A stretch of DNA of 64,000 nucleotides from Armatimonadota bacterium. GTDB lineage: Bacteria; Armatimonadota; UBA5829. A program made the translations under genes and the position numbers. The notes under the pieces were generated by a model. That model did not search any database, was not told the DNA's origin, and worked only from the letters and a program-made list of their open reading frames with translations. This document shows positions 9,858 to 19,695 of this stretch, in pieces; position 1 is the stretch's first letter; each line of letters starts with the position of its first letter. The stretch lies in the NCBI GenBank assembly GCA_012522575.1, contig JAAYKE010000028.1, positions 575 through 64,574 on the forward strand, in the 5' to 3' direction.

Positions 9858-10220
9858 ATGCCACGCGTAAAACGTGGGACAATGACGCATAAGCGTCACC
9901 ATAAAGTCCTTAAAGCCGCCAGTGGTTACTGGGGTGGCAAAAGTCGGCTCTTCAAAACCGCCAAAGAAGCGGTTATGAAGTCCGGGAACTATGCTTACAG
10001 AGACAGACGGAACAAAAAACGTGACTTCCGTCGACTCTGGATCACGCGGATCAGCGCGGGTTGCCGTGCCTACGGAATGCCTTACAGCAGATTTATCGAG
10101 GCCTTGAAAAAGGCCGGAGTAAACCTGGACAGAAAGGTGCTTGCGGATATGGCAATCGCAGACGCACAGGGGTTTGCCGCTCTGGTGGAGCAGGCTAAAA
10201 ACCAGATAGCGACCGCGTAA
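9858..10220 (+). CDS. rplT: 50S ribosomal protein L20
   Basis: [39 protein letters not shown]..., 120 aa. Confidence 0.95.
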   Translation: MPRVKRGTMTHKRHHKVLKAASGYWGGKSRLFKTAKEAVMKSGNYAYRDRRNKKRDFRRLWITRISAGCRAYGMPYSRFIEALKKAGVNLDRKVLADMAIADAQGFAALVEQAKNQIATA

Positions 10221-10400
10221 AAGAGATTATCACCCACATAAGTGGGCACAGCTAAAGACAATTTCGCCCAGCGTCCAATAGCCTAAGGACGAACACATAG
10301 CCGAAATACCTTTCAAGCCGGTCATTATGCCGGAACAGTGTTTGGCGGTGGGTTCGATCGTATGCAATTGGGCGCTGGTCTTTTAAGGGGTCTGTAATTG

Positions 10401-11426
10401 ATGAGCGAACAGGATAACCTTGAGGAGTTGGGAAAGTCGGCGTTGGCGCGAGTCGCACAGGCCGCCACCTCCGCTCAACTCGATGAGATAGATACCGAAT
10501 ATCTTGGCCGAAAAGGTGAGCTGACACTGCAGTTGCGCAAAATCGGGTCGCTGCCTGCAGATCAAAGAAAAGATTTCGGTCAGGCGGTCAATGATATCAA
10601 AGTTCGGATAACCGACGCCATTGAAGCTCGCAAAAAGACGATATCGGGCGGCGAAATCGACGCAAAGCTGGCCGCCGAAGCAGTTGACATCACCATGCCT
10701 GGTCGATTCTATCGCATCGGAAGGCCGCACGTCCTGGTGCAGACCCTCGCTAAGATTAAAGATATATTTATAAGGCTGGGCTATGAGATCGTCGAAAGCC
10801 CGGAAGTTGAATCGTATCACTATAACTTCGAAGCTCTGAACTACCCACTGGATCACCCTGCCATCGACGAGCAGATGAGTTTCTATATTAACGATGAGAG
10901 GCTGCTGCGCACGCATACTACGGCATATCAACACCGTCAAATGGAAAAACGAAAGCCGCCGATTATGGTCTGCACGATGGGCAAATGCTATCGGGTGGAC
11001 GCCGTCGATGCCACGCACAACCACACATTCCACCAGGTGGACTGCTTCTGCGTAGATCGTGGAATCACTATGGCCGACCTGAAGGGCACTTTATATCAGT
11101 TTGCGGTGGAAATGTTCGGAGCCGACACAAATATACGCTTCCGCCCGGATTTCTTCCCGTTCGTCGAGCCGGGAGCCGAAGTTGCAGTGACGTGCTCTAT
11201 TTGCGCGGGTAAAGGCTGCAATGTTTGCAAGGGCAGCGGCTGGCTGGAGTTGGCTGGAGCGGGGATGATTCATCCTAACGTGCTCCGGGGAGCGGGGATC
11301 GATCCTGAGGAGTACACGGGTTTTGCGTTCGGGTTTGGCATAGATCGAATGCCGATGGTTCAACACGGCATAGACGATATGCGGCTGTTTATGGATAATG
11401 ATCTGAGATTTCTGAGGCAATTGTAG
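10401..11426 (+). CDS. pheS: Phenylalanyl-tRNA synthetase alpha subunit (with a Cys4 zinc-knuckle insertion)
   Basis: Class II motifs are present (FRPDFFPFVEPGAEV; GFAFGFGIDRMPM), plus an insertion CSICAGKGCNVCKGSGW. Confidence 0.9.
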   Translation: MSEQDNLEELGKSALARVAQAATSAQLDEIDTEYLGRKGELTLQLRKIGSLPADQRKDFGQAVNDIKVRITDAIEARKKTISGGEIDAKLAAEAVDITMPGRFYRIGRPHVLVQTLAKIKDIFIRLGYEIVESPEVESYHYNFEALNYPLDHPAIDEQMSFYINDERLLRTHTTAYQHRQMEKRKPPIMVCTMGKCYRVDAVDATHNHTFHQVDCFCVDRGITMADLKGTLYQFAVEMFGADTNIRFRPDFFPFVEPGAEVAVTCSICAGKGCNVCKGSGWLELAGAGMIHPNVLRGAGIDPEEYTGFAFGFGIDRMPMVQHGIDDMRLFMDNDLRFLRQL

Positions 11427-11429
11427 GTT

Positions 11430-13475
11430 ATGAAACTGCCCATTGGCTGGTTGAAGGAATTGCTCGACTATGAATGTCCGCCCAGGGAGCTTGCCGATAA
11501 GCTGACTATGGCAGGGCTTGAAGTTGAGGAGATAATGCAGCTTGAAGACGAAACGGTCTTCGATGTAAAGGTGACCCCAAACCGAGGCGATTGGCTGTCG
11601 GTGCTTGGCGTTGCCAGGGAAGCCGCGCCGCTTGTGGACGGGACTTTGAAAATGCCCGATCCGATAATCGAGGGCGCGTCTCCGGCGGCTGGTGAATCTA
11701 TCTCCATCGATATTGAGGACCCCGATCTGTGCTGCCGATATGTGGGCGCGGTGGTTCGCGGAGTGCAGGTCAAGCCGTCTCCGGGTTGGATGCAGTCCCG
11801 GCTGACAGCGGCCGGGATGCGGCCTATAAACAACATCGTAGACGCCACGAACTATGTGATGCTTGAGCTTGGTCAGCCTTTGCATGCGTTCGACCTCAGC
11901 CTTCTGCATAACTCGCACATTATCGTCCGCAGGGCCAGGGCAGGGGAGAAGATCATCTCCCTTGATGGCAGCCCTCGCGACCTCACAGAAGATATGCTGG
12001 TTATCGCCGACAGCGATCGTCCGGTGGCCATTGCGGGAGTTATGGGCGGGCTTGATTCTGAGATCAATGAGCAGACAAAAGATGTGGTAATCGAGGCGGC
12101 CAACTTTGCGGGCACAAGCATCCGCCGCACCTCCAAAAAACTCGGCCTTGTAACCGAGGCTTCATATCGATTTGAGCGCGGAGTTGACCCATCGATTGCT
12201 AAGAAAGCTGCGCTGCGTGCGGCTGAGTTGATATGCGAAATTGCCGGCGGAGAGGCCGCTCAGGGGACAGTGGACGCGTATCCCTGCGTCAAAGAGCCTC
12301 GGCAGATCAAAGCAAGGCCCGAAAGGGCAAACGCCGTTTTGGGAATAGAGCTTACCCCGCAGTCGATGGCGCAGCATCTCAACGCACTCCAGATTGAAAC
12401 TTCGCTGGAAGATGGCCTGCTGGTCTCTATGGTTCCGACGTGCCGCCCGGATGTCGTCAGCGAAATCGACCTTATCGAGGAAATCGGACGCGCTTCCGGT
12501 TATGAGAACCTGCCTTTGACTCTGCCGAAAGCTCGAACAAAAGGCATGGACAGCAAGGAAGGCCTGTTCAGGGACAGGATCAGACGAATTCTAATGTCCT
12601 GCGGCGCTCAGGAGACACTGACCCACAGCCTGGTTGATAGCAATCTTTCCGAGCTTTGCGGATGTGATGAGAGCATGATCCGCCTCCGAAATACGCTCAC
12701 CGAGGAGATAGACTCCCTGCGAGTGCGACTTGTGCCCAATTTGTTGGGCGTGATTGAGCGCAATCAGACTCATGAAATCAACGACGTATGCATCTTTGAA
12801 GTTGGAAAAGTATATTTCCGCACGCCCGAAGGCGTCATCGACGAGAAATTGGCGATAGCGGGAGCGATGTCCGGCAACTTGTGGCGAAATAGCTGGAACT
12901 TGTCGAGTGAGGCTCTGGACGCCGACTTTTTCCTTTGCAAGGGGACAATTGAGAACCTGCTGGACGCGCTCGGCATTAAGTCCGTGCAATTTGCTCCGAC
13001 AGAAGATACTTTTCTGCACCCCACCAGATGCGCGAAGATTCTGGTCGATGGAGTTGAGATAGGAGTTCTCGGCGAGGTGGCTCCGGGGATGCTGGAGGCG
13101 TTCGACGTGAAGGGTCGATCGCAGGTATATGAATTAGATTTTAACGCCCTTATGGGCTGTGTGCCGGATACGCTCACGTATCATCACGTGCCGAAATATC
13201 CCGCTCTGCGCATGCACATGGCGGTGGTAGTATCCGATGAAGTCAAATATGAGCAACTGCAACAAGTAATTGCACAATCCGGCGAGGGTTTTATTGAAAA
13301 AACCGAGTTGCTCGATGTATATAGAGGCGAGCAGGTAGGGACAGGAAGAACCAGCCTGACGATCTCGATGGTTTTTCGATCTCGCGAAAGGACTCTAACC
13401 GACGAGGAAGTCAACTCCGTCCTGGATAATGTAAAAAAGGCCCTGTCTCGCAATCTTGCAGCCGGTTTCAGGTAA
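11430..13475 (+). CDS. pheT: Phenylalanyl-tRNA synthetase beta subunit (short form lacking the B2/EMAP tRNA-binding domain)
   Basis: 681 aa. The B1 start MKLPIGWLKELL runs directly into TPNRGDWLSVLGVARE (B3/4), and B5 plus the FDX-ACB C-terminus are present. Confidence 0.9.
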   Translation: MKLPIGWLKELLDYECPPRELADKLTMAGLEVEEIMQLEDETVFDVKVTPNRGDWLSVLGVAREAAPLVDGTLKMPDPIIEGASPAAGESISIDIEDPDLCCRYVGAVVRGVQVKPSPGWMQSRLTAAGMRPINNIVDATNYVMLELGQPLHAFDLSLLHNSHIIVRRARAGEKIISLDGSPRDLTEDMLVIADSDRPVAIAGVMGGLDSEINEQTKDVVIEAANFAGTSIRRTSKKLGLVTEASYRFERGVDPSIAKKAALRAAELICEIAGGEAAQGTVDAYPCVKEPRQIKARPERANAVLGIELTPQSMAQHLNALQIETSLEDGLLVSMVPTCRPDVVSEIDLIEEIGRASGYENLPLTLPKARTKGMDSKEGLFRDRIRRILMSCGAQETLTHSLVDSNLSELCGCDESMIRLRNTLTEEIDSLRVRLVPNLLGVIERNQTHEINDVCIFEVGKVYFRTPEGVIDEKLAIAGAMSGNLWRNSWNLSSEALDADFFLCKGTIENLLDALGIKSVQFAPTEDTFLHPTRCAKILVDGVEIGVLGEVAPGMLEAFDVKGRSQVYELDFNALMGCVPDTLTYHHVPKYPALRMHMAVVVSDEVKYEQLQQVIAQSGEGFIEKTELLDVYRGEQVGTGRTSLTISMVFRSRERTLTDEEVNSVLDNVKKALSRNLAAGFR

Positions 13476-13536
13476 TTTGTGCCCAAAGTTGACGGTTACA
13501 GCGACCGACGATCGGCAACCGAAAGAGTGCTGTGCT

Positions 13537-15087
13537 ATGCAAACTGCGCCGATAGCATATAGGGTTTTTCGATGGACTTCAGTGGTCCTGGCAGTATGGC
13601 TGACGTGGGTTACGTGGGATGTTTTCCAGGTCAGGCGTGCTGATTTCGCGTCGGCGGCCTGGTTTCTTCTGGCCGGCATACTGGCTGAACTGCTGGTAAA
13701 GGGACAGGATAACGAGAACCGAACCGAGATCACCCCAAGCGCTCCGATCTACTGGGCGGCGGCCTGTGTATTAGGACCTCCGATGGCAATAGCCGTCTGC
13801 TTTGGAAGCTATATTTTTGCGGATATCATTGGCTTGATTGTCTTCGGGTTTGTCCGCAACATAGAAATCCCTCAAAACGGCTCCAACGGCAACGGCCTGC
13901 TATGGAAGCCGATTATTGGCAGATTGAAGCAGACCGGCAGGTGCTGGGAGCGACGACTGCAGGGTGACGGACAGGGCAGGTTGATCGAGACAACTCTGAG
14001 TTGTCCGTGTTCGCTGGTATTGTCCATCGGGCTTGCATCCGTTGTTTACCACTGGCTTGGCGGACGATTTTTGCTTGACGGCGGGCCGACTCATATATGG
14101 TTTGGTTTCATTTTTCCTTTTCTTGGGTTGGCGGCTACGGCGATTGCCCTTGACGTTGTGCAAAACGCTTTGGCCAGCGTTCTTTATGATCCCATTCCCC
14201 GCCAAAACGGTATTTTGGGTTGGCTGGCGCGAACAGGCAATGTGATTATAGGCAACGAGCTTCCGTTGATTCCTCCGCAGAGTCTGCTGGTCATCGTATC
14301 TATGATGCTGTCATATCTGTATGTAAACCTCGGAGCATGGGCGTTCATACTGACCAGTCTGCCGATAGTTGGGCTGCGGGACTATTATTATCAGCGAATC
14401 GCCGAGCAGTCCGCTTATCTGGATACGATAACCACTCTCGCTACCTATATGCAGCATTATCATCCCTATACCCGCGGTCACCTCAAGCGCGTCGCCGACA
14501 TTTCGGAGAAGCTTGCCAGGGAACTGCGACTCTCAGCGGAGAGCATAAATAATATTACCACTGCCGGTTTGCTCCACGATATCGGCAAGATAGGCGTAAG
14601 CGAGGAGATTCTAAATAAGACCTCAACGCTGGAGCCGGAGGAGTGGGATATGATCAAAGAGCACCCGGATAAAGGCGCCGAGATCATAAGCCATCTCGAT
14701 TTTGTGGAGGGCATTGTGGACTGGATACGCTACCACCACAAATGGCACGATGGCCGAGGCTATCCCGAAACAAATACGAGATCTGCGATCCCGATAGAGG
14801 CGTCGATCATAGCGGTTGCCGATTCCTTTGATGCAATGACCGACGACAGGGAACTTTCGCTGGAGTGGATATGCGACTCGTGCGGCTACAGTCCCGATGA
14901 TGACGGTCGTCCTGCCCAATGCCCGTTGTGCGGAGCGCATAAGCGACGAACATACAGGGTTCCGAGAACGCTCGAAGGGGCTATTGATGAGTTGCGCCGA
15001 GGCAGTGGCACGCAGTTTCATCCGGCGGTCGTGCAGGCGTTTCTGAAGATGCTGGACAAGGAAAGGATGCATACGGATGTTGCTTGA
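13537..15087 (+). CDS. Polytopic membrane HD-GYP phosphodiesterase (7TMR-HD-like N-terminal domain, HD-GYP catalytic domain, C-terminal Cys4 zinc ribbon)
   Basis: The N-terminal ~290 aa are multi-TM. An HD motif (LLHDIGKIGV) and HHKWHDGRGYP (HD-GYP) are present. The C-terminal CDSCGYSPDDDGRPAQCPLCG is a rubredoxin-like C-x2-C...C-x2-C ribbon. Confidence 0.8.
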   Translation: MQTAPIAYRVFRWTSVVLAVWLTWVTWDVFQVRRADFASAAWFLLAGILAELLVKGQDNENRTEITPSAPIYWAAACVLGPPMAIAVCFGSYIFADIIGLIVFGFVRNIEIPQNGSNGNGLLWKPIIGRLKQTGRCWERRLQGDGQGRLIETTLSCPCSLVLSIGLASVVYHWLGGRFLLDGGPTHIWFGFIFPFLGLAATAIALDVVQNALASVLYDPIPRQNGILGWLARTGNVIIGNELPLIPPQSLLVIVSMMLSYLYVNLGAWAFILTSLPIVGLRDYYYQRIAEQSAYLDTITTLATYMQHYHPYTRGHLKRVADISEKLARELRLSAESINNITTAGLLHDIGKIGVSEEILNKTSTLEPEEWDMIKEHPDKGAEIISHLDFVEGIVDWIRYHHKWHDGRGYPETNTRSAIPIEASIIAVADSFDAMTDDRELSLEWICDSCGYSPDDDGRPAQCPLCGAHKRRTYRVPRTLEGAIDELRRGSGTQFHPAVVQAFLKMLDKERMHTDVA

Positions 15088-15781
15088 GCTATTAGACTCC
15101 GGCGTGGCTGCGGTTTCGATAGCGGCTCTGTCTATGTCCGGAGCCAGCATATATGTTTCAAGGGTTGTGCTGCCCGCTAAGATGAAACGGGCCTATTTCA
15201 AATCTATCACTGCTCTTGCGGCGGCTGTTGAGACAAAAGATTCCGGCACCGTTGGCCATGCCAGACGAATTGCGGAATTGACGGTTGCGGTGGCTCGCAT
15301 ATTGGGGATAAACGGCAGGGAACTGGAGCGAATTGAGTATGCCGCCCTGCTTCGGGATATCGGAAAAGCCAGCATTCCGCAGGCTGTTCTTGCCAAGACA
15401 ACTCCGCTAACCGAAGAGGAATGGAAGATGGTGCAGTCACATACGCTTCTGGGGGCCGATATGGTGGCGTCGGTTCCGTTTTTGTCGGATACCGCGGATT
15501 ATGTGCGCCACCACCATGAGTGCTGGGATGGATCGGGATACCCGGATAAGCTCAAAGGAGAGGAGATTCCCTTCGGAAGCAGAATTCTGGCGGTGACTTC
15601 GGATTATGACGCGATGACTTCTCAACGACCATATCACGCTGAGCCGATGGATCCGTACAGGGCATTAGAGGAAATCAGGGCCAGCGCTGGCATAAAATAC
15701 GACCCTGCCGTGGTGGAGGCTTTTCTGGATGTATTTGGGGAGGGATTCGTGCTTGTGTCGGAGCTTGCAAGGGTGGCTTAA
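15077..15781 (+). CDS. Cytoplasmic HD-GYP domain phosphodiesterase
   Basis: HARRIAELTVAVARILG...LLRDIGKASIP...HHHECWDGSGYP...AVTSDYDAMTSQRPY. It overlaps the upstream HD-GYP gene by 11 nt. Confidence 0.85.
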   Translation: MLLELLDSGVAAVSIAALSMSGASIYVSRVVLPAKMKRAYFKSITALAAAVETKDSGTVGHARRIAELTVAVARILGINGRELERIEYAALLRDIGKASIPQAVLAKTTPLTEEEWKMVQSHTLLGADMVASVPFLSDTADYVRHHHECWDGSGYPDKLKGEEIPFGSRILAVTSDYDAMTSQRPYHAEPMDPYRALEEIRASAGIKYDPAVVEAFLDVFGEGFVLVSELARVA

Positions 15782-15815
15782 ATAATCGCACTCCGCCCTG
15801 CTGCAGGGAGAATAT

Positions 15816-17417
15816 ATGTTTGTTTCATCTGTGTGGCGTGACAGGCTGTCCCTGCTGAGCATTCTGGCAGTGGCCGCGGCTATGAGGTTCTGGGGTCTGG
15901 GGTGGGGCCTTCCCAACTTCCTGCGCTCATATTCATATCATCCTGATGAGTTTCTCGTCTTAGGCGCGGCGGGTTCGGCACTGGTTACCGGCTTGCCCGG
16001 TCTATACAACTACCCATCGCTGTTCATCTATCTGGTTGCACTGGCGATAGTATCTGTGGCCGCATATATACCGTCTCCGAGTATGGCGGAGATGTATCTG
16101 GCGGCCAGAGTCGTCACCGCAATAATGGGCGTATGCGCGATATTGCTCACCTATTGGGCGGCCAGACGATATTGGGGCAATCGCGAAGCCATCATTGCCT
16201 CCATAGCTCTGTGCATAGCTCCTCTGCACGTGCAGCATTCGCATTTCGCCACGGTGGATGTGCCTTGCACGGTCTTTGTTGCCGCCTGTCTGGGCTTTGC
16301 TGCTATGGTGTTTGGGCGCGGATCAATGCGCGATTACCTGCTCTGCGGGTTAATGGCAGGGTTGGCAGCAGGCACGAAGTATAATGCCGGACTGGTTGTG
16401 TTATCGTTGATTGCCGCTCATTTTCTTGGCAGCAGCCAGCGCAACGCAGGCTTGAGAAGGCTGCTTGCCGCTCTCGGAGGCGCATTGGCCGCGTTTGTCA
16501 TCTCCACTCCCGCAGTCATATTGCGACCCGGACATTTTTTTTACGGACTGACCTATGAACTCAGGCACGCATCCGAGGGCCACGGTTTGGTATTTGCCGG
16601 TACGGGTTCAGGTTTAATCTACACATTCACCTCATCTCTATGGTATGGTCTCGGCCCTGCGCTGGCCATATTCTTTTTGGCAGCATCGATCTATGCCGTA
16701 AGGACGAATAAGAAAGCATTGGTCATACTCGCGTTCGCGGTTCCGTATTACCTGCTTATCTCATTTTCACAGGTGCGGTTCGCGCGGTATGCCTTGCCGT
16801 TGTTTCCCGCCGCCGCCTTGCTGATAGCGTGGATGATCTGCGATATATGGACAAGGCTATCCAAACGCTGGCAATATGGATTGGCAGGTGCGTGTGCTGT
16901 CATATTATTGGGCACAATGTTATACACACTTGCACTGTGCCGCCTGTTTGTTATTTCCGACCCAAGGGATCGCGCTGCGGAATGGATTTTTGCAAATATC
17001 CCGACAGGCAGCGCCATTGGAGTGGCAGATGTCCCGTGGTTCTATTCCCCTCCCTACTCAAAAAACACAGGCTTTGGGACATTGCCACAGCGCGAAAAGG
17101 AAATGCGCAAGGCCCCATACTACCTGCAGTTGACCCGGTCAGGACAATATCGACACAGGCACTGGTGGGTAGTGTCGGATTATGAACTGGACGACGCGAC
17201 ACGGCTAAAGCGTGCATCGGAGCGTATGAGCGAATCCGACAGAAAAGAATGGGAGCGTCTGAGGGCTGCAAGGGAGGCTCTGGAAAAATACTACACGCGC
17301 CGCACATTCCGAAACTCTCTCAGCTTTTGCGGAATTTATCTCGGTTCTACCAGATCACTCCCTCATGATATGCGCTATTGCGCGCCGACTATATGGATAT
17401 ACGAGCGCAAAAAATGA
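15816..17417 (+). CDS. Glycosyltransferase family 39 (ArnT/PMT-like) polytopic membrane protein
   Basis: A 533-aa multi-TM protein with an early DE motif (YHPDEFLVLGAAGS) and ArnT-like topology. An RBS (gcagggag) is present. Confidence 0.8.
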   Translation: MFVSSVWRDRLSLLSILAVAAAMRFWGLGWGLPNFLRSYSYHPDEFLVLGAAGSALVTGLPGLYNYPSLFIYLVALAIVSVAAYIPSPSMAEMYLAARVVTAIMGVCAILLTYWAARRYWGNREAIIASIALCIAPLHVQHSHFATVDVPCTVFVAACLGFAAMVFGRGSMRDYLLCGLMAGLAAGTKYNAGLVVLSLIAAHFLGSSQRNAGLRRLLAALGGALAAFVISTPAVILRPGHFFYGLTYELRHASEGHGLVFAGTGSGLIYTFTSSLWYGLGPALAIFFLAASIYAVRTNKKALVILAFAVPYYLLISFSQVRFARYALPLFPAAALLIAWMICDIWTRLSKRWQYGLAGACAVILLGTMLYTLALCRLFVISDPRDRAAEWIFANIPTGSAIGVADVPWFYSPPYSKNTGFGTLPQREKEMRKAPYYLQLTRSGQYRHRHWWVVSDYELDDATRLKRASERMSESDRKEWERLRAAREALEKYYTRRTFRNSLSFCGIYLGSTRSLPHDMRYCAPTIWIYERKK

Positions 17418-18304
17418 TTGACCTGCACATACAACAATTTCTGGATTATGCCGTCATAGAACGCCGGCTTTCAGCCAAAACTCAGCAGGCGTATGGAAGC
17501 GACCTGTCTCAGTTCGCCTCATATCTCAAAGATGCCGGTATAAAAAAGGCCGGCAAAATCGACGAAAATACCCTGCTTGGTTATGCGGATATGCTCACCG
17601 CGCAGCAACTGCGGCCAACCAGCCTGGCCCGAAAGATGACCGTGGTGCGCAGTTTCATTAAATATCTCATAGGGTTAGGGCATGTATCCAATAGTTGTCT
17701 CGATAGCATCCCGAACTCTCGCCCTCCCCGCGTTTTGCCGAAACATCTCAATGTGGACGAGATCGCCCGCCTTCTTTCGGCTCCAGATATATCAAAAAGC
17801 ATCGGCCTGCGCGATCGGGCAATGCTGGAGACCCTTTACGCCACCGGCTTGCGCGTATCCGAACTGATTAACCTCAAAATAGACGATGTTAACCTAAAGA
17901 TGGGCTTTGTGCGCTGCGTCGGCAAGGGCAACAAGGAACGCATCGTGCCGATAGGTGAGATCGCAATACAACTGATAAATTCCTACATCGCAAGCGCAAG
18001 GGCGGAATTTACAAAGCTCGAACGATCGGAATATCTGTTCCTCAACTATAAAGGCAAGCCGATGACGAGGGGAATGTTTCATACCATTGTGAAAAAATAT
18101 GCGCTGTTGGCGGGCATAGACAGGCCGATCAGCCCGCACATGCTGCGTCACAGCTTCGCCACGCATATGCTCGAACGAGGAGCGGACCTGCGAAGCCTGC
18201 AGGAAATGCTGGGTCACGCGGGGATTGCAACAACTGAGCTTTACACACACGTAACCCGCGACCATTTGCGCGAAATATATAAGGAGGCTCACCCCAGGGC
18301 ATGA
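17414..18304 (+). CDS. xerD: Tyrosine recombinase XerC/XerD
   Basis: An N-terminal SAM-like core-binding domain and a C-terminal catalytic domain: ...HMLRHSFATHMLERGADLRSLQEMLGHAGIATTELYTHV (R...HxxR...Y). The ATGA overlap couples it with the upstream gene. The XerC versus XerD assignment is not resolvable by eye. Confidence 0.85.
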   Translation: MIDLHIQQFLDYAVIERRLSAKTQQAYGSDLSQFASYLKDAGIKKAGKIDENTLLGYADMLTAQQLRPTSLARKMTVVRSFIKYLIGLGHVSNSCLDSIPNSRPPRVLPKHLNVDEIARLLSAPDISKSIGLRDRAMLETLYATGLRVSELINLKIDDVNLKMGFVRCVGKGNKERIVPIGEIAIQLINSYIASARAEFTKLERSEYLFLNYKGKPMTRGMFHTIVKKYALLAGIDRPISPHMLRHSFATHMLERGADLRSLQEMLGHAGIATTELYTHVTRDHLREIYKEAHPRA

Positions 18305-19503
18305 CCGCGGATAGAGCGATAGTGATCGTTTTGGATTCAGTCGGTGTCGGAGCATTGCCTGACGCAGCGGATTATGGCGATTCAGGCTCCAACACTCTGG
18401 CACACGTTGCCGATGCAGTGGGAGGGCTTCATCTGCCCAACCTGGCAAAGCTGGGACTGGGTAATATTATCCCGATAAACGGAGTTATGGCTTCGAAAAA
18501 CCCTGCCGGATGCTTCGGAAAGATGGCGGAGTCGTCCGTAGGCAAAGATACGGCCACCGGGCATTGGGAGATGATGGGAGTTATCACCGCTCGCCCATTT
18601 CCCACATACCCGGACGGGTTCCCCGAAGAAATTATCCGAGAGTTCGAGTCCCGCATAGGTCGCGCCACCATAGGCAACAAAGCCTGCTCAGGAACCGTGA
18701 TTATCGCTGAATTGGGCGAAGAACACGTGCGCACCGCCAGGCCGATTGTATATACATCGGTCGACAGCGTGTTTCAGATCGCCTGTCACGAAGATGTGAT
18801 ACCCGTCGATGAGCTTTATGCGATGTGCGAGGTTGCAAGGTCGATTCTTGTGCCGCCAGACGACATCCAGCGCGTCATTGCACGGCCATTTACAGGCTCA
18901 CCGGGGTCTTATGTGCGAACAGCCGGGAGACGGGACTACGCCCTGCCTCCTCCGCACGACACCCTGCTGGACAGGATAACGCAATCCGGCGGAACTGTCA
19001 CAGGGATAGGCAAGATAGAGGATATATTTTCCGGCAGGGGAATAACCGAGTCCATACATACCGTCGATAATCAGTCCGGCGTTCAAACCACAATTGACGC
19101 TATCGAAAGCGGGCAGGGGACCTTGATTTTCACTAATCTTGTCGATTTCGATTCAGTCTACGGCCATCGTAACGATGCCGACGGCTACGCAAAGGCGTTG
19201 CAGGATTTTGATGACGCGCTTCCCCGCATCCTTACCTCTCTGCATAACGGCGACATTCTGATTATCACCGCAGACCACGGCTGTGACCCCACTATGCCCG
19301 GCACTGATCATTCTCGTGAATATGTTCCATTGCTGGTCTACGGCAAAGCAATTGGCTCCGGAATAGATATCGGGACCAGGTCCTGCTTCTGCGACCTTGC
19401 GGCAACCCTTGCCGAAGCGCTGGGCGTATCAGGCATAGCGTATGGCGAGAGCTTCGCCGATTTGCTCCGATTGCCGATCAATCAACCGGCGCATTTCCTA
19501 TGA
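18301..19503 (+). CDS. deoB: Phosphopentomutase
   Basis: MTADRAIVIVLDSVGVGALPDAADYGDSGSNTL..., 400 aa, with a metal-binding DHG motif near the C-terminus (ADHGCDPT). Confidence 0.9.
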   Translation: MTADRAIVIVLDSVGVGALPDAADYGDSGSNTLAHVADAVGGLHLPNLAKLGLGNIIPINGVMASKNPAGCFGKMAESSVGKDTATGHWEMMGVITARPFPTYPDGFPEEIIREFESRIGRATIGNKACSGTVIIAELGEEHVRTARPIVYTSVDSVFQIACHEDVIPVDELYAMCEVARSILVPPDDIQRVIARPFTGSPGSYVRTAGRRDYALPPPHDTLLDRITQSGGTVTGIGKIEDIFSGRGITESIHTVDNQSGVQTTIDAIESGQGTLIFTNLVDFDSVYGHRNDADGYAKALQDFDDALPRILTSLHNGDILIITADHGCDPTMPGTDHSREYVPLLVYGKAIGSGIDIGTRSCFCDLAATLAEALGVSGIAYGESFADLLRLPINQPAHFL

Positions 19504-19695
19504 TATCCGCGGCGACCTTTATTGGGTTCGTATTGTTGACTATTGCGCATGTGAGCTGTTTGGTGAAGGAATGTCGGGGAATTTAGGGAAGTGATCAATA
19601 TCAGAGCGGCTGCTGCGCTGTTTCATTTTGTCCATGATCCGGCGAGGCATACTGCGCTGGCAAAAAAACGAACTTACAATGGGAAACAGGGTCAA

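Noticed and set aside
10221-10400. Possible T-box or attenuator leader upstream of pheS
   Set aside because: No T-box consensus (AATTAGGGTGGTACCGCG-like) or leader-peptide Phe run was found. Only a small hairpin is present, so it is left unannotated.
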